From contig CAYWVZ010000003.1 in the NCBI GenBank assembly GCA_964462215.1, positions 8,752 through 72,751 on the forward strand: a DNA stretch of 64,000 nt, written 5' to 3'. The stretch is from an uncultured Candidatus Saccharibacteria bacterium. Its GTDB lineage: Bacteria; Patescibacteriota; Saccharimonadia; Saccharimonadales; JAUPVS01. A program made the translations under genes and the position numbers. The notes under the pieces were generated by a model that saw nothing but the letters and a program-made list of their open reading frames with translations, was not told the origin of the DNA and did no database searches. Below are positions 1 through 10,774 of this stretch, in pieces (position 1 is the stretch's first letter; each line of letters begins with the position of its first letter).

Positions 1-14
1 ATATGTTGCAAATA

Positions 15-314
15 TTACACTATGATTGTCAGGCCGAGCGGCAGCCAAAAACCAACGAACATGGCAATCAACAGAATGGCGTATTCGATCTTGCGGTCAA
101 TCTGAAAGCGTTCGCGCGAGGCGATCGCTACGCCAACGATCAGCCCGATTGGCAGGCCTACCTGGAACGTATCGGTACCGACCCGCACCCACAAAGCTCC
201 TAAGATTAAATAAAGCACCATTTTAAGGAAATAGACGCTGTCGAGCTCTTTGACCGCCATCGATGGGCGGCCGGATGAACGGCGGCGGGCGGTTTTTGTT
301 TTCGCTTTTACCAT
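15..314 (-). CDS. small integral membrane protein (99 aa), function unknown
   Basis: Complete ORF with a basic N-terminus followed by hydrophobic segments. It is the last gene in the tightly packed string downstream of rpsJ. Confidence 0.55.
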   Translation of the reverse strand: MVKAKTKTARRRSSGRPSMAVKELDSVYFLKMVLYLILGALWVRVGTDTFQVGLPIGLIVGVAIASRERFQIDRKIEYAILLIAMFVGFWLPLGLTIIV

Positions 315-333
315 AAGCAGTATTTAAGCATGG

Positions 334-1017
334 TTAGTTGGCGCGATGCAAGTCGTCTACTTCTTGCCGGACCCCCTCGATCGTCTGGCTGAGTAAAAAG
401 CTGGTAGCCAGTTCTACGCGCTCCCGGTGCTGCTCCAATGCTTCGGCGACGGCCGGAACGGTATCGGCATCAAAACCTAAACGCCGGCTAACTGCTAAAC
501 GCCGCTGTATCATCCAGGCTACTGATGCGCTGTCACTGTAACGTATGGGTACATTTTCCTGAAAATAACGCTGGACACCTCTTTCAAAATCCCGGCCGCC
601 GATAGCTAGGGCCGGCAAACCGGTCAAAACGGCCGCCTTGGCCTGCAAGTACGCCCGTTGGCCTTCGGCCTGATCCAGTACGACGCTATCCATCAACAAA
701 TCGTTCCCCATGTCGGCACAACCCCGCAGCGCCCCGCGGGATAAATCCGGAGCGTACGTCACCAGGGTTTCTTTGGCGTACTGGATCAACTCTTTGCGTA
801 CCGCCAACTTGTCGTATACATGGTCGGTGCGATTGTGCAGCCAAATTCCTTCGGCCAGAGCCGGATCAACCTTAAAGGCATGGGAACGTAAGTCGGTGCC
901 GGTATAGGCGCGGTACATACCGATAAAGTCCGGCAAGGCGCTACCGACCAGGACTTCGGGCGGCGCTTTGGGACATACTGCCTCGGCGGTGACCATGTGA
1001 GTTAAGATGTTTGGCAT
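334..1017 (-). CDS. acyl carrier protein phosphodiesterase (AcpH)-like protein
   Basis: Start chosen at MPNILTH, 2 nt after the upstream stop. N-terminal NILTH, GSALPDF and GIWLHNRTDH align by eye with the AcpH pattern NFLAH / GNLLADF / GIxxHRxID. Confidence 0.5.
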   Translation of the reverse strand: MPNILTHMVTAEAVCPKAPPEVLVGSALPDFIGMYRAYTGTDLRSHAFKVDPALAEGIWLHNRTDHVYDKLAVRKELIQYAKETLVTYAPDLSRGALRGCADMGNDLLMDSVVLDQAEGQRAYLQAKAAVLTGLPALAIGGRDFERGVQRYFQENVPIRYSDSASVAWMIQRRLAVSRRLGFDADTVPAVAEALEQHRERVELATSFLLSQTIEGVRQEVDDLHRAN

Positions 1018-1019
1018 AT

Positions 1020-1754
1020 CTAAGGCGCTGCGTCCTTGGGCGACTGCGGGCGCGGGCGCACACCCCATTCGATAATTGATTGTGTCAAGCCCTTGCGGAT
1101 AGACCGGTGTTTATCGCGCTGCAACGGCCGCGTCTCTTCGGAGATAATCCTATCCAGCAGCATAGTGACACCCGGCCGGGCGGCGCAAGCAAAAGCAGCG
1201 TGATACAACTGACTGGAACTCCGATTCATAATCGTTGTGGTTTCTTCGTCGTCATAGGCACCAATAATATCGAGCGGCAACACCTTAACCAGTCGTGAAT
1301 TGGCATATTTTGTGACCAGTAGGTCTTCCATGTCATACGGTGAACTGGCCACGGCTCCACCCATCTTCGCAATACTTTCTTGGATAACTTGGTCATACCG
1401 AAGACGCTGCGTCCGATAGATAGCTTTCGAACCAAAAACCGCTCCCAGATACAGGCCGGTGCGGATAACGCGATCCCACCATTGGTCATCAGAACCCCTT
1501 ACATCACCGCGGGGATACGCACCCCGTACGATATCGTCAATAGTGTCAAGCGCTCTACCGGTAATCCGTTTCTCGGCCCGCCGCTCAACGGAACGTTCGA
1601 TATCTTCCGGGTCTATCTTGCGCTCTATCCAGGTAGCGGCTCGTGCTAGCCGCCAGTCAAGACCCTCGATGTGGCGCTCGTTCAGAAACGGCTTCCGTAT
1701 GTCGGCAGACGGTTCGTGGCCGGGGCTATCGGGCGGTGGTAATATTTCGCTCAT
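1020..1754 (-). CDS. hypothetical protein (244 aa), no recognizable family
   Basis: Long ORF in the same orientation, beginning 20 nt downstream of the rpsJ stop. Coding-like composition, no motif recognized. Confidence 0.65.
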   Translation of the reverse strand: MSEILPPPDSPGHEPSADIRKPFLNERHIEGLDWRLARAATWIERKIDPEDIERSVERRAEKRITGRALDTIDDIVRGAYPRGDVRGSDDQWWDRVIRTGLYLGAVFGSKAIYRTQRLRYDQVIQESIAKMGGAVASSPYDMEDLLVTKYANSRLVKVLPLDIIGAYDDEETTTIMNRSSSQLYHAAFACAARPGVTMLLDRIISEETRPLQRDKHRSIRKGLTQSIIEWGVRPRPQSPKDAAP

Positions 1755-1774
1755 GGAGCACCCTAAACCCGTGG

Positions 1775-2167
1775 TTACATCTTAATTTCGGCGTCACAAC
1801 CGGCCGGAAGGCTCAGGTTCATCAGGCTGTCGATAGTTTTGGGAGTCGGTTCAAGCACGTCGATAATACGCTTGTGGATGCGCATTTCGAACTGTTCACG
1901 GCCTTTTTTGTAGACGTGCGGGCTCTTGATAACGGTGTAAACCGTCTTCTTGGTAGGTAGCGGGATTGGGCCGGCAATGGTAGCGCCGGTACGCAGAGCG
2001 GTGTCAACAATCTGCTTGGCCGATTGGTCGATGACTTTGTGGTCATACGCCTTCAGGCGAATACGGATTCGCTGCTTGCCGTTCTCGGCTTTAGCCGGCT
2101 TGGCTGCTGGGGTTTTACTGGTTTCCGCCGCTTTGCTGCTAGCGGGTGTCTTCTTGGCGTCTGCCAT
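1775..2167 (-). CDS. rpsJ: 30S ribosomal protein S10 with a Lys/Ala/Pro-rich N-terminal extension of about 30 aa
   Basis: Core [19 protein letters not shown]...LPTKK...[26 protein letters not shown] is canonical S10. AAGGAG lies 9 nt upstream of the ATG at 2167; the ORF-track start at 2209 was rejected. Confidence 0.95.
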   Translation of the reverse strand: MADAKKTPASSKAAETSKTPAAKPAKAENGKQRIRIRLKAYDHKVIDQSAKQIVDTALRTGATIAGPIPLPTKKTVYTVIKSPHVYKKGREQFEMRIHKRIIDVLEPTPKTIDSLMNLSLPAGCDAEIKM

Positions 2168-2279
2168 AGAGTTTGACTCCTTTGTGATGTAACATCTCCG
2201 GAGCGCCATAGAGAGCGCGGCCGGCGACTTTTAGTCACCACGATTAATTTACCCTGTAATTCTACAACAAACTCTAAGA

Positions 2280-2308
2280 AATGAAAAGGGCGCCCTGGTT
2301 TGGGGCGC
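2280..2308 (-). terminator. putative intrinsic terminator downstream of tuf
   Basis: On the minus strand, GCGCCC-CAAACCA-GGGCGC is followed by CCTTTTCATTTCTT (stem at 2290-2295 / 2303-2308). Confidence 0.45.
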
Positions 2309-2337
2309 TCCTTTGGCTTCTCGGTAATCCGCAAGGA

Positions 2338-3519
2338 TTACTTGTTGATCTTGGTTACCACACCGGCACCAACGGTTCGGCCGCCTTCGCGGATAGCGAA
2401 ACGTAGACCTTGTTCCATGGCAATTGGAGCCAGCAACTTAACCTTAAAGGTTACGGTGTCACCGGGCATAACCATTTCTTTGTCGGCTGGTAGTTCAACC
2501 TCACCGGTTACGTCCGTGGTACGGAAGTAAAACTGCGGCTTGTAGCCCTTGAAGAATGGCGTGTGACGGCCACCTTCTTCTTTGGTGAGGATATACACTT
2601 CGGCGTCAAACTCGGTGTGCGGAGTGATCGAACCTGGCTTACAAAGCACTTGGCCACGCTCAATGTCATCACGCTCAATACCGCGCAACAGGACACCGAC
2701 GTTGTCACCAGCTTGACCTTGGTCAAGGTTCTTCTTGAACATTTCAACACCAGTTACTACGCTCTTGGTAGTCGGCTTGATACCAACAATTTCAACTTCT
2801 TCGTTGACCTTGACGATACCTTGCTCGATACGGCCGGTAGCTACCGTGCCGCGACCTTTGATAGAGAAAACGTCTTCGATTGGCATCAAGAATGGCTTGT
2901 CGAGGTCACGCTTTGGCTCCTCAATATAGTCATCCATAGCCTTAACGAGTTCCATAACAGCATCTTCGTTAGCGGCATCGCCTTCGAGGGCTTTCGTAGC
3001 AGAACCTTTAATAATCGGTGCGTTCTCGTCAAAGTCATTCTTGGCAAGTAGTTCACGGATGTCCATCTCGACGAGTTCGACGAGTTCTGGATCTGCGAGG
3101 TCCATCTTGTTCATAAAGACCAAGATCTTTGGAACGCCTACTTGCTTAGCAAGCAATACGTGCTCGCGGGTCTGCGGCATAGGGCCGTCAGCAGCCGAAA
3201 CTACCAGGATAGCACCGTCGACTTGAGCGGCACCAGTGATCATGTTCTTGACATAGTCAGCGTGACCCGGCATGTCAACGTGGGCGTAGTGGCGCTTGTC
3301 GCTTTCGTATTCCTGGTGAGATGTTGCAATGGTAATACCACGGGCCTTCTCTTCAGGTGCTTTGTCGATCTCATCATAGTTAACTTTTTTGTTAACGTCG
3401 CTCGGAAGCTTTTTAGCCAATACGGCGGTGATTGCTGCCGTTAAAGTCGTTTTACCGTGGTCAACGTGACCCATGGTACCAACGTTTACGTGCGGTTTAC
3501 TTCGGTCAAAATCTGCCAT
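2338..3519 (-). CDS. tuf: elongation factor Tu
   Basis: [17 protein letters not shown] and NKMD GTPase motifs with full-length EF-Tu similarity. AGGAG lies 9 nt upstream of the ATG. Confidence 0.98.
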   Translation of the reverse strand: MADFDRSKPHVNVGTMGHVDHGKTTLTAAITAVLAKKLPSDVNKKVNYDEIDKAPEEKARGITIATSHQEYESDKRHYAHVDMPGHADYVKNMITGAAQVDGAILVVSAADGPMPQTREHVLLAKQVGVPKILVFMNKMDLADPELVELVEMDIRELLAKNDFDENAPIIKGSATKALEGDAANEDAVMELVKAMDDYIEEPKRDLDKPFLMPIEDVFSIKGRGTVATGRIEQGIVKVNEEVEIVGIKPTTKSVVTGVEMFKKNLDQGQAGDNVGVLLRGIERDDIERGQVLCKPGSITPHTEFDAEVYILTKEEGGRHTPFFKGYKPQFYFRTTDVTGEVELPADKEMVMPGDTVTFKVKLLAPIAMEQGLRFAIREGGRTVGAGVVTKINK

Positions 3520-3594
3520 GTAGAGTGACTCCTATTATTTTCTTAGTTTATTGCGCACGAGCTAAACAGGTAGCTCACACGAGTTACCGTAATA

Positions 3595-3819
3595 TCATAT
3601 CTGATCATTAGGGGTTTGTAAAGTGGTTATCTTAGGAGGTATAGCCGACGGCAGCCTAACCGCGCGCTCCTGCCGTGGCTCCTCTAAAAATGAACCGAGC
3701 AAAGCCTTGACAGTGCAGATGCCTACATAACAACCGACTTGGGCGAGTTTATGCAGAGATATGGTCTCTGGCGCTAGCCGAAGCGGTGCAATGCGTTCCC
3801 TCGGTACGGGGTTAGACAT
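3595..3819 (-). other. doubtful 74-aa ORF filling the unusually long fusA-tuf spacer; may be a structured RNA instead
   Basis: ATG lies 5 nt after the fusA stop with no SD, and no family is recognized. A 15-bp imperfect hairpin (3636-3684) sits inside it. Confidence 0.25.
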
Positions 3820-3824
3820 GCTGC

Positions 3825-5912
3825 CTACTTGGCATTCTTGGCAATAATGGCTTCGGTGACGTGGTTCGGCACGTCGGCGTAATGGTCAAGTTCCATGCTG
3901 GAGCTGGCGCGGCCCTGGGTCATCGAGCGCAAGTTGGTGGTGTAGCCAAACATTTCGCCTAAAGGCACGAAGGCGGTAATTTCTTTGATGCCGGACGGCA
4001 AATCTTCCATTGACTCGATACGGCCGCGTTTGGCGTTCAGGTCGCCGATAACGTCGCCCATGAACTCTTCGGGGGTAACTACTACGACTTTCATGACGGG
4101 CTCGAGCAACACGGGGTTGGCCTTCTTAACACCCTCTTGCAAAGCCATAGAACCGGCGATGCTAAAGGCCATTTCAGAGGAGTCAACATCGTGGTAGGAA
4201 CCGTCGTACAGCTCGGCCTTGATGTCAACCACCGGATAGCCGGCGATAACACCGTTAGCCATAGCTTCTTCGATACCTTTGCGGACCGGGGTGATATATT
4301 CACTCGGTACCACACCGCCCTTGATGCTGTCGATGAATTCAAAACCTTTTCCGGCTTCGTTCTGGCTGAGGCGCAGCCAGACGTGACCATACTGGCCGCG
4401 ACCGCCGGATTGGCGGACAAACTTGCCTTCGACTTCAACGGCATCTTTACGGATAGTCTCGCGATATGCCACTTGCGGCTGGCCGATATTGGCTTCGACG
4501 TTAAACTCGCGCTTCATACGGTCGACGAGGATTTCCAGATGAAGTTCGCCCATGCCGCTGATGATGGTCTGGCCGGTTTCGTCGTCAACCCGCACGCGGA
4601 AGGTCGGGTCTTCTTCGGCCAGCCGCTGCAAGGCGATACTCATCTTCTCTTGGTCGGACTTGGTCTTGGGCTCGATGGCAATACTAACCGGCGGTTCCGG
4701 GAAGGTAATGCTTTCCAGCACGATCGGATTGTTGGGGTCGCACAATGTATTGCCGGTTGTCGTACCTTTCAGGCCAACGATAGCGGCAATGTCGCCAGCG
4801 CCAACTTCTTCGACATCTTCACGCTTATCGGCTTGCAGGCGGACAATGCGCCCAACACGCTCTTTTTCGCCGGTCGAACTGTTCAAAACGTATGAACCGG
4901 CCGTCACCTTACCGGAATAAACGCGGAAGTACGCCAGTTTACCGACAAACGGGTCGGTCGTGATTTTAAAGGCCAGGGCAGCAAACGGGTCGGCTTCGGT
5001 TGGTTTGCGCTCGATTTCGTCACCGGTCTTAGGGTGCGTACCCCAGGTTGAGCCGACGTCGAGCGGGCTTGGCAAATAGTCGTTAACCATGTCCAACACC
5101 TTTTCGACGATAACGCCGCGGCCATCGCCGCCGGTAACCGCAAAGAACTTGCCGGATAGTACGGCACTGCGGATGGCTTGCTTGATTTCGTCAACACTCA
5201 GGCCGTCTTCGCCGACTTCAAAGTATTTTTCGAGCATTTTTTCGTCTTCGGCGACGGCGTTTTCGATAAGCAATGAGCGGTACTTCTTGGCTTGGTCCAG
5301 CATGTCTTCGGGAATATCACCTTCGATGAGGGATTTGTCGGCAAATTCCTTATAGGTGTAGGCTTTCATTTCGACCAGGTCGACGACGCCGTTGACAGAT
5401 TGCTCGAAACCGATCGGCAGATGCACCGGAAAAGCGGCTTTACTGAGGCGGCTGTGAATGGACTCCAACGATTTGTAAAAGTCACCGCCGGTTTGGTTGA
5501 TCTTGTTAATAAAACAGATGCGGGGCACCTGGTATTTGTCGGCCTGGCGCCAGACGGTCTCGGACTGTGATTCGACGCCCATTTTACCGTCAAAAACTAC
5601 GCAAGCGCCGTCGAGCACACGCAAAGAGCGCTCTACCTCGACGGTAAAGTCGATGTGGCCGGGAGTGTCGATAATGTTGATTTGGTGGTCTTTCCAGAAG
5701 CACGTAACAGAGGCCGCAACAATGGTAATGCCGCGTTCGCGCTCTTGGGCCATCCAGTCGGTAGTGGTTTCGCCCTCGTGCACGGCGCCGATTTTGTGGT
5801 TTAGGCCCGTGCGGTACAAAATACCTTCGGTGGTAGTAGTTTTACCGGCGTCAATGTGAGCAATAATGCCCAGGTTTCGAATGTCTTTCATGTCGGTTTT
5901 TTTAGTTGCCAT
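3825..5912 (-). CDS. fusA: elongation factor G
   Basis: AHIDAGKTT and DTPGHIDF motifs, 695 aa, full-length EF-G architecture, in str-operon position. Confidence 0.98.
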   Translation of the reverse strand: MATKKTDMKDIRNLGIIAHIDAGKTTTTEGILYRTGLNHKIGAVHEGETTTDWMAQERERGITIVAASVTCFWKDHQINIIDTPGHIDFTVEVERSLRVLDGACVVFDGKMGVESQSETVWRQADKYQVPRICFINKINQTGGDFYKSLESIHSRLSKAAFPVHLPIGFEQSVNGVVDLVEMKAYTYKEFADKSLIEGDIPEDMLDQAKKYRSLLIENAVAEDEKMLEKYFEVGEDGLSVDEIKQAIRSAVLSGKFFAVTGGDGRGVIVEKVLDMVNDYLPSPLDVGSTWGTHPKTGDEIERKPTEADPFAALAFKITTDPFVGKLAYFRVYSGKVTAGSYVLNSSTGEKERVGRIVRLQADKREDVEEVGAGDIAAIVGLKGTTTGNTLCDPNNPIVLESITFPEPPVSIAIEPKTKSDQEKMSIALQRLAEEDPTFRVRVDDETGQTIISGMGELHLEILVDRMKREFNVEANIGQPQVAYRETIRKDAVEVEGKFVRQSGGRGQYGHVWLRLSQNEAGKGFEFIDSIKGGVVPSEYITPVRKGIEEAMANGVIAGYPVVDIKAELYDGSYHDVDSSEMAFSIAGSMALQEGVKKANPVLLEPVMKVVVVTPEEFMGDVIGDLNAKRGRIESMEDLPSGIKEITAFVPLGEMFGYTTNLRSMTQGRASSSMELDHYADVPNHVTEAIIAKNAK

Positions 5913-5921
5913 TTATTGTTC

Positions 5922-6398
5922 CTACCTTGCGAAGTGCGCGAAAGCACGGTTGGCTTCGGCCATCTTATGCGCGTCTTCGCGCTTTTTAACAGCCGTACCG
6001 GTATTGTTGTAGGCATCCATTAGCTCATTAGCGATACGGTCTTCCATGCTCATACCCTTACGGCCACGGGCGGCAGCTACGAACCACATCATCGTCAGGT
6101 GATTCTGGCGCTGGCCTTTGACTTCGAACGGAATCTGGTAGTTAGCACCACCGACACGGCGGGAACGGGTCTCGACGTGCGGCTGGATGTTCTTCATGGC
6201 CTGCTCAAACACATCAAGCGGGTTATCTACTTTGAGCTTGTTGGCAGCTTTTTGCATACCACCGTACACCAAGCGCTCAGCCAGCTGTTTTTTGCCGTTG
6301 AGCATGACGCGATTGATCAGGCGCTGCACCTGCACACTGTTGTAGATGCGGTCAGCTGGGATATCACGAACGAGAGATTTGGTAACTTTACGTGGCAT
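5922..6398 (-). CDS. rpsG: 30S ribosomal protein S7
   Basis: Canonical S7 sequence (MPRK...VETRSRRVGGANYQIP...AHFAR), located between rpsL and fusA. Confidence 0.97.
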   Translation of the reverse strand: MPRKVTKSLVRDIPADRIYNSVQVQRLINRVMLNGKKQLAERLVYGGMQKAANKLKVDNPLDVFEQAMKNIQPHVETRSRRVGGANYQIPFEVKGQRQNHLTMMWFVAAARGRKGMSMEDRIANELMDAYNNTGTAVKKREDAHKMAEANRAFAHFAR

Positions 6399-6400
6399 GA

Positions 6401-6814
6401 TTATTTGCTCTCTTTCTTGGCGCCGTACTTGGAACGGCCTTGTTTGCGGTTTTGTACGCCCTGGAGGTCGAGCGCGCCGCGGACGATGTGGTAACGCACA
6501 CCGGGAAGGTCCTTAACGCGACCACCGCGCACCAGCACGACGGCGTGCTCCTGCAGGTTGTGGCCTTCACCACCGATGTAAGCCCAGACTTCGTAGCCGT
6601 TCTGCAAGCGCACACGGGCAACTTTACGCAAAGCCGAGTTCGGCTTCTTTGGTGTTTTGGTGGTAACTTTCACACACACCCCGCGCTTAAACGGCGCCGG
6701 CTTTTCGTAGTTTTTGGTCTTTAAGTTGTTGACCACGCGCTGCAGAGCCGGTGACTTCGACGTGGTCGACTTGTCGTGGCGGCCTTTGCGCACTAGTTGA
6801 TTAATTGTTGGCAT
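6401..6814 (-). CDS. rpsL: 30S ribosomal protein S12
   Basis: [12 protein letters not shown]...[14 protein letters not shown]...GHNLQEH is canonical S12. AAGGAG lies 6 nt upstream. Confidence 0.98.
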   Translation of the reverse strand: MPTINQLVRKGRHDKSTTSKSPALQRVVNNLKTKNYEKPAPFKRGVCVKVTTKTPKKPNSALRKVARVRLQNGYEVWAYIGGEGHNLQEHAVVLVRGGRVKDLPGVRYHIVRGALDLQGVQNRKQGRSKYGAKKESK

Positions 6815-6937
6815 TGGTACTCCTTATTGGTGTGATCTGCTGCGGCAAGCGCGGAACCCTGCGAGTGCCAACTCTGCACGGTTCCCTGCTGCGCCCGGCT
6901 CGGACCACTTACTTTGCTGTTGTTAACTTTACCAGAT

Positions 6938-9900
6938 TTAACCCTTTGAAGCAACCGTTGGTTCGGCGACTTCGTCGTCAAGCAGCACTTCTTCGGCTTC
7001 GTCGTCCTCGACATAGCCGGTTCCAACCGGAATCGGGCGACCCAGGATAACATTCTCTTTCAGGCCGTATAGGTGGTCTACTTTACCACTGGTAGCGGCG
7101 CTGATCAGTACGCGGGTAGTGTCTTGGAACGAAGCGGCACTCAGGAACGATTCGGTTGACAGCGATGACTTGGTGATACCAAGCAATAACTGGGTGTACT
7201 CGATAGGCTGTTTGCCGGCTCCGGTGAGGCGAACGTTTTCTTCCAACACGGCAATCTTACTAACGACATCGCCGGTTACGAACTCGCTGTCGCCAGCGTC
7301 TTCAATCTGTACACGGCTAAACATCTGGCGCACGATGATTTCCAGGTGCTTGTCGGCAATGTTCTGGCCTTGTGAAGCGAAGATACGCAAAACTTCGTTC
7401 ATGATGTAGCGTTGTGCGGCCTCTATACCTTGTAGACGCATCAGCTCATGCAAGTTGATGGAACCGTTGGTCAGGCGCTCACCGGCTTTAACGGTATCGC
7501 CGTCTTTAACGAGCAGTTGCTTAAAGCCAGGAATTTCGTAACGGACTATGCTCTTGGCGGTCGGACTAATCGTGATTGACTTTTTCTTGACGTTGACTTT
7601 ACCGGCAATGGTGGCAGTTAGCGGCTCAGAGTCATCCTCGAGGCTGGCAACCACGTCGCCAATAGCCACTTCCTGGTTGTTCTTAACCTTAGCCACGCGT
7701 TCGCCCAGTATCAGGTCGACTTTGTCTTGACCTTTGGCGGTGATTTCAACGACGTAGTGATCGCCTTCTTCCCAGGCCGTTACAATGCCGGTGATATCTG
7801 CCAGGAAGGCTTGACCCTTTGGTGTGCGGACTTCGAACAGTTCTTCGACACGCGGCAGACCGGTGGTGATGTCTTCGCCGGCAACACCGCCGGAGTGGAA
7901 GGTTCGCAGCGTTAGCTGAGTACCGGGCTCACCGATACTTTGGGCGGCAATGACACCGACCGGGTGGCGTTCGGAAACAACTTCGCCGGTAGCCGGATCA
8001 AGGCCGTATGACTTACGGGCCACACCACGCACGGTGGTACAGCTGAGCACACTCATGATACGTACTCCGTCAAGCTTTTCGTCGGCTTCGATAGCCGCAG
8101 CAATTTCGGGCGTAATGAGTTGACCGCGCTTAACGTGGTTAGCCATTTTCTCGGCGGCGAAACGGCCTTCCAGGCGGCTTGCAAAGGTTACACCGATTTC
8201 TTCGGCATCTGCCCGGTAAATCGGAAAGCCCGGGTCGTCTTTGCACTCTTCTTCGGTAGTAAAGACATCTTGGGCTACGTCAACCAAACGGCGAGTCAGG
8301 TAACCGGAGTCGGCAGTCTTGAGTGCCGTGTCAATCATACCCTTACGGGCACCACGGGTGGCCGTAAAGTATTCCAGCGGACTAAAACCACTTTTATAGT
8401 TCGACTTAATCGGCAGCTCAATGGTGCGGCCGGTCGCGTCAGCCACCAGACCGAACATACCAACGGCGGTGTTCACCTGGCCGATGTTACCACGGGCGCC
8501 AGAGATAACGGCCGTCGACATAGCATTGTCTTCATGGGCAAACTGTTCAACTAAAGTTGACTGCACATTGTTACCTACCTCTGTCCAGGCTTCGATGGTC
8601 AGACGATAGCGTTCGTCATCGGTGATGAAGCCTTGGTCATATTGGTCACTCACTTCGGCGACACGCTTCTCGCCATCGCTAAGAATGTGTTGTAGGCCTT
8701 TAACTTCGGTAAAGTCGCTCATACCCATACTAAGGCCGGACTTGGTGGCGTACTCGAAGCCCAGGTCTTTTAGGTCGTCGGCAATTTCGGCGGCTTTAGC
8801 CTGGCCGTATTTTTGGTACGACAAAGCCATAGCTTGCTGTAGTCTCTTCTTGGTCATAGCCTCGTCTTGGAACGGAAAATCTTCGGGGAAGATTTCGTTA
8901 AAGAGGATGCGGCCCAGTGTGGTTTCGCGGACTTCGCCGCGGAACGGCAGGCGCACAAAACCCTGCAAGCCAATTTTGCCGGCGTCGAGTGCCATCAAAG
9001 CCTCGTCGAGGCTGGAAAAAGCTACCGGTGTTTTAGTCTGGCCGGGGCGGCTATAGGTCAGATAGTAGCAGCCCAACACGATGTCTTGTTCGATGTGCAG
9101 GATTGGCGAACCATCGGCTGGCTTTAACAGGTTGGCGTTGCTGGCCATGATTTCGCGGGCCTCTTTCTGGGCTTTATCGCTCAGCGGCAAGTGGACAGCC
9201 ATTTGGTCACCGTCGAAGTCGGCGTTAAAGCCTTTACAGACCAACGGATGCAACTGGATAGCTTTACCTTCGATGAGTACCGGCTGGAAGGCCTGGATAC
9301 TTAAACGGTGCAAGCTAGGTGCACGGTTCAAAAGCACGTATTTGCCGCGAGTTACTTCGTCCAGGGCATCCCACACGACAGTTTCACCGGCTTCGATCAT
9401 ACGGGTAGCACTGCGGATGTTGTGGGCGTACTCTTTTTCGATGAGTTCGCCGATAACAAACGGCTTGAACAGCTCAAGCGCCATCATCTTAGGCAGGCCG
9501 CACTGGTAAATCTTGAGTTCCGGGCCGGCTACGATAACCGAACGGCCAGAGTAGTCAACACGCTTACCAAGCAGGTTTTGGCGGAAACGACCCTGTTTAC
9601 CCTTGAGCATGTCACTCAAAGATTTCAGGCGACGACGTTGGCCGGTAGCAGCCACGGCACGTCCGGAACGGGCGTTGCTGTTGTCTACTAGGGCATCGAC
9701 GGCTTCTTGCAGCATACGCTGTTCGTTACGGCGGATAACCTCCGGTGCGTTTAGTTCAATCAGTTTCTTCAGGCGATTATTGCGGTTAATGACACGGCGG
9801 TAGAGGTCGTTGAGGTCGCTGGTGGCAAAACGGCCACCGGTTAGCTGCACCATTGGGCGCAGGTCCGGCGGAATAACCGGCAGTACGGTGACACACAAGC

Positions 9901-10774
9901 TTTCCGGCTCAATACCGGCCCGTTCCATGCTTTCGAGCAGGCGGAGCCGCTTCATCAGCTTCTTTTTGCGCTGGCCTTTGGCTTCGTCGGCTTCGGTGGT
10001 CAGGTCTTTAATTAGCTTAACAAGATCGACTTCGTCGAGCAGATCTTTGAGAGCGCCGCCGCCCATACCAACGGTAACCAGGTCCTGGAACTCGTCAGGC
10101 AGGTTGCGGTAATCGGTCTCGTTAATGAGGCTGAACTTCTCGAGACCCTGCAGCTGGGTTTTAGTTAGGTCGTAATCCTGTTGCAGTTCTTCAAGTTCTT
10201 TGGTTTGGGCTTCGGCCAAAGCCTTAACGTCAGCAGACTCGCCTTTGGCCTCTTTCTCGTAACGCAGCTTGATGGCTTGCTTGGCGGCTTCGAACTCAGC
10301 TTCTTTGTCGGCCAGCATCTTGTCGCGCTTGTCGGCGTCAACCGACTTAATGACGTAGCTGGCAAAGTACGCGATGCGCTCCAGGTTTTTAACGGTCATG
10401 CCCAGCACCAGGCCGATGGCCGATGGGGTGCCGCGCAAAAACCAAATGTGAGCTACCGGGCTGGCCAGCTGGATGTGGCCCATGCGCTCGCGGCGGACAA
10501 TGCTGCGGGTAACGATTTCGCCGTTTTTGTCGACGGCCGCCTCGCGCGAACGGACACCTTTGTATTTGGCGTCGTGCGGGTTGATGTCTTTGACCGGGCC
10601 AAAGATCCGTTCGCAGAACAGACCATCGCGCTCCGGCTTTTGGGTTCGATAGTTGATGGTTTCGGGCTTAGTGACCTCGCCGTATGACCAGTCCAAGATG
10701 TCGCCGGGGTTGGCAACAGCCAAACGGACGGCGTCAAAGTCGGCAATATCGGTTCCTGTGTTATAGCGTCTCAT
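6938..10774 (-). CDS. rpoC: DNA-directed RNA polymerase subunit beta'
   Basis: Catalytic [12 protein letters not shown] motif, 1278 aa. The start overlaps the rpoB stop. Confidence 0.98.
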   Translation of the reverse strand: MRRYNTGTDIADFDAVRLAVANPGDILDWSYGEVTKPETINYRTQKPERDGLFCERIFGPVKDINPHDAKYKGVRSREAAVDKNGEIVTRSIVRRERMGHIQLASPVAHIWFLRGTPSAIGLVLGMTVKNLERIAYFASYVIKSVDADKRDKMLADKEAEFEAAKQAIKLRYEKEAKGESADVKALAEAQTKELEELQQDYDLTKTQLQGLEKFSLINETDYRNLPDEFQDLVTVGMGGGALKDLLDEVDLVKLIKDLTTEADEAKGQRKKKLMKRLRLLESMERAGIEPESLCVTVLPVIPPDLRPMVQLTGGRFATSDLNDLYRRVINRNNRLKKLIELNAPEVIRRNEQRMLQEAVDALVDNSNARSGRAVAATGQRRRLKSLSDMLKGKQGRFRQNLLGKRVDYSGRSVIVAGPELKIYQCGLPKMMALELFKPFVIGELIEKEYAHNIRSATRMIEAGETVVWDALDEVTRGKYVLLNRAPSLHRLSIQAFQPVLIEGKAIQLHPLVCKGFNADFDGDQMAVHLPLSDKAQKEAREIMASNANLLKPADGSPILHIEQDIVLGCYYLTYSRPGQTKTPVAFSSLDEALMALDAGKIGLQGFVRLPFRGEVRETTLGRILFNEIFPEDFPFQDEAMTKKRLQQAMALSYQKYGQAKAAEIADDLKDLGFEYATKSGLSMGMSDFTEVKGLQHILSDGEKRVAEVSDQYDQGFITDDERYRLTIEAWTEVGNNVQSTLVEQFAHEDNAMSTAVISGARGNIGQVNTAVGMFGLVADATGRTIELPIKSNYKSGFSPLEYFTATRGARKGMIDTALKTADSGYLTRRLVDVAQDVFTTEEECKDDPGFPIYRADAEEIGVTFASRLEGRFAAEKMANHVKRGQLITPEIAAAIEADEKLDGVRIMSVLSCTTVRGVARKSYGLDPATGEVVSERHPVGVIAAQSIGEPGTQLTLRTFHSGGVAGEDITTGLPRVEELFEVRTPKGQAFLADITGIVTAWEEGDHYVVEITAKGQDKVDLILGERVAKVKNNQEVAIGDVVASLEDDSEPLTATIAGKVNVKKKSITISPTAKSIVRYEIPGFKQLLVKDGDTVKAGERLTNGSINLHELMRLQGIEAAQRYIMNEVLRIFASQGQNIADKHLEIIVRQMFSRVQIEDAGDSEFVTGDVVSKIAVLEENVRLTGAGKQPIEYTQLLLGITKSSLSTESFLSAASFQDTTRVLISAATSGKVDHLYGLKENVILGRPIPVGTGYVEDDEAEEVLLDDEVAEPTVASKG

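Noticed and set aside
6815-6937. Nested hairpins in the rpoC-rpsL spacer (GGAACC...GGTTCC enclosing GTGC...GCAC, flanked by CGCAGCAG direct repeats), considered as a novel element.
   Set aside because: The spacer is short, and a structured leader or processing site upstream of the str operon is expected. Nothing distinguishes it from an ordinary r-protein leader without comparative data.
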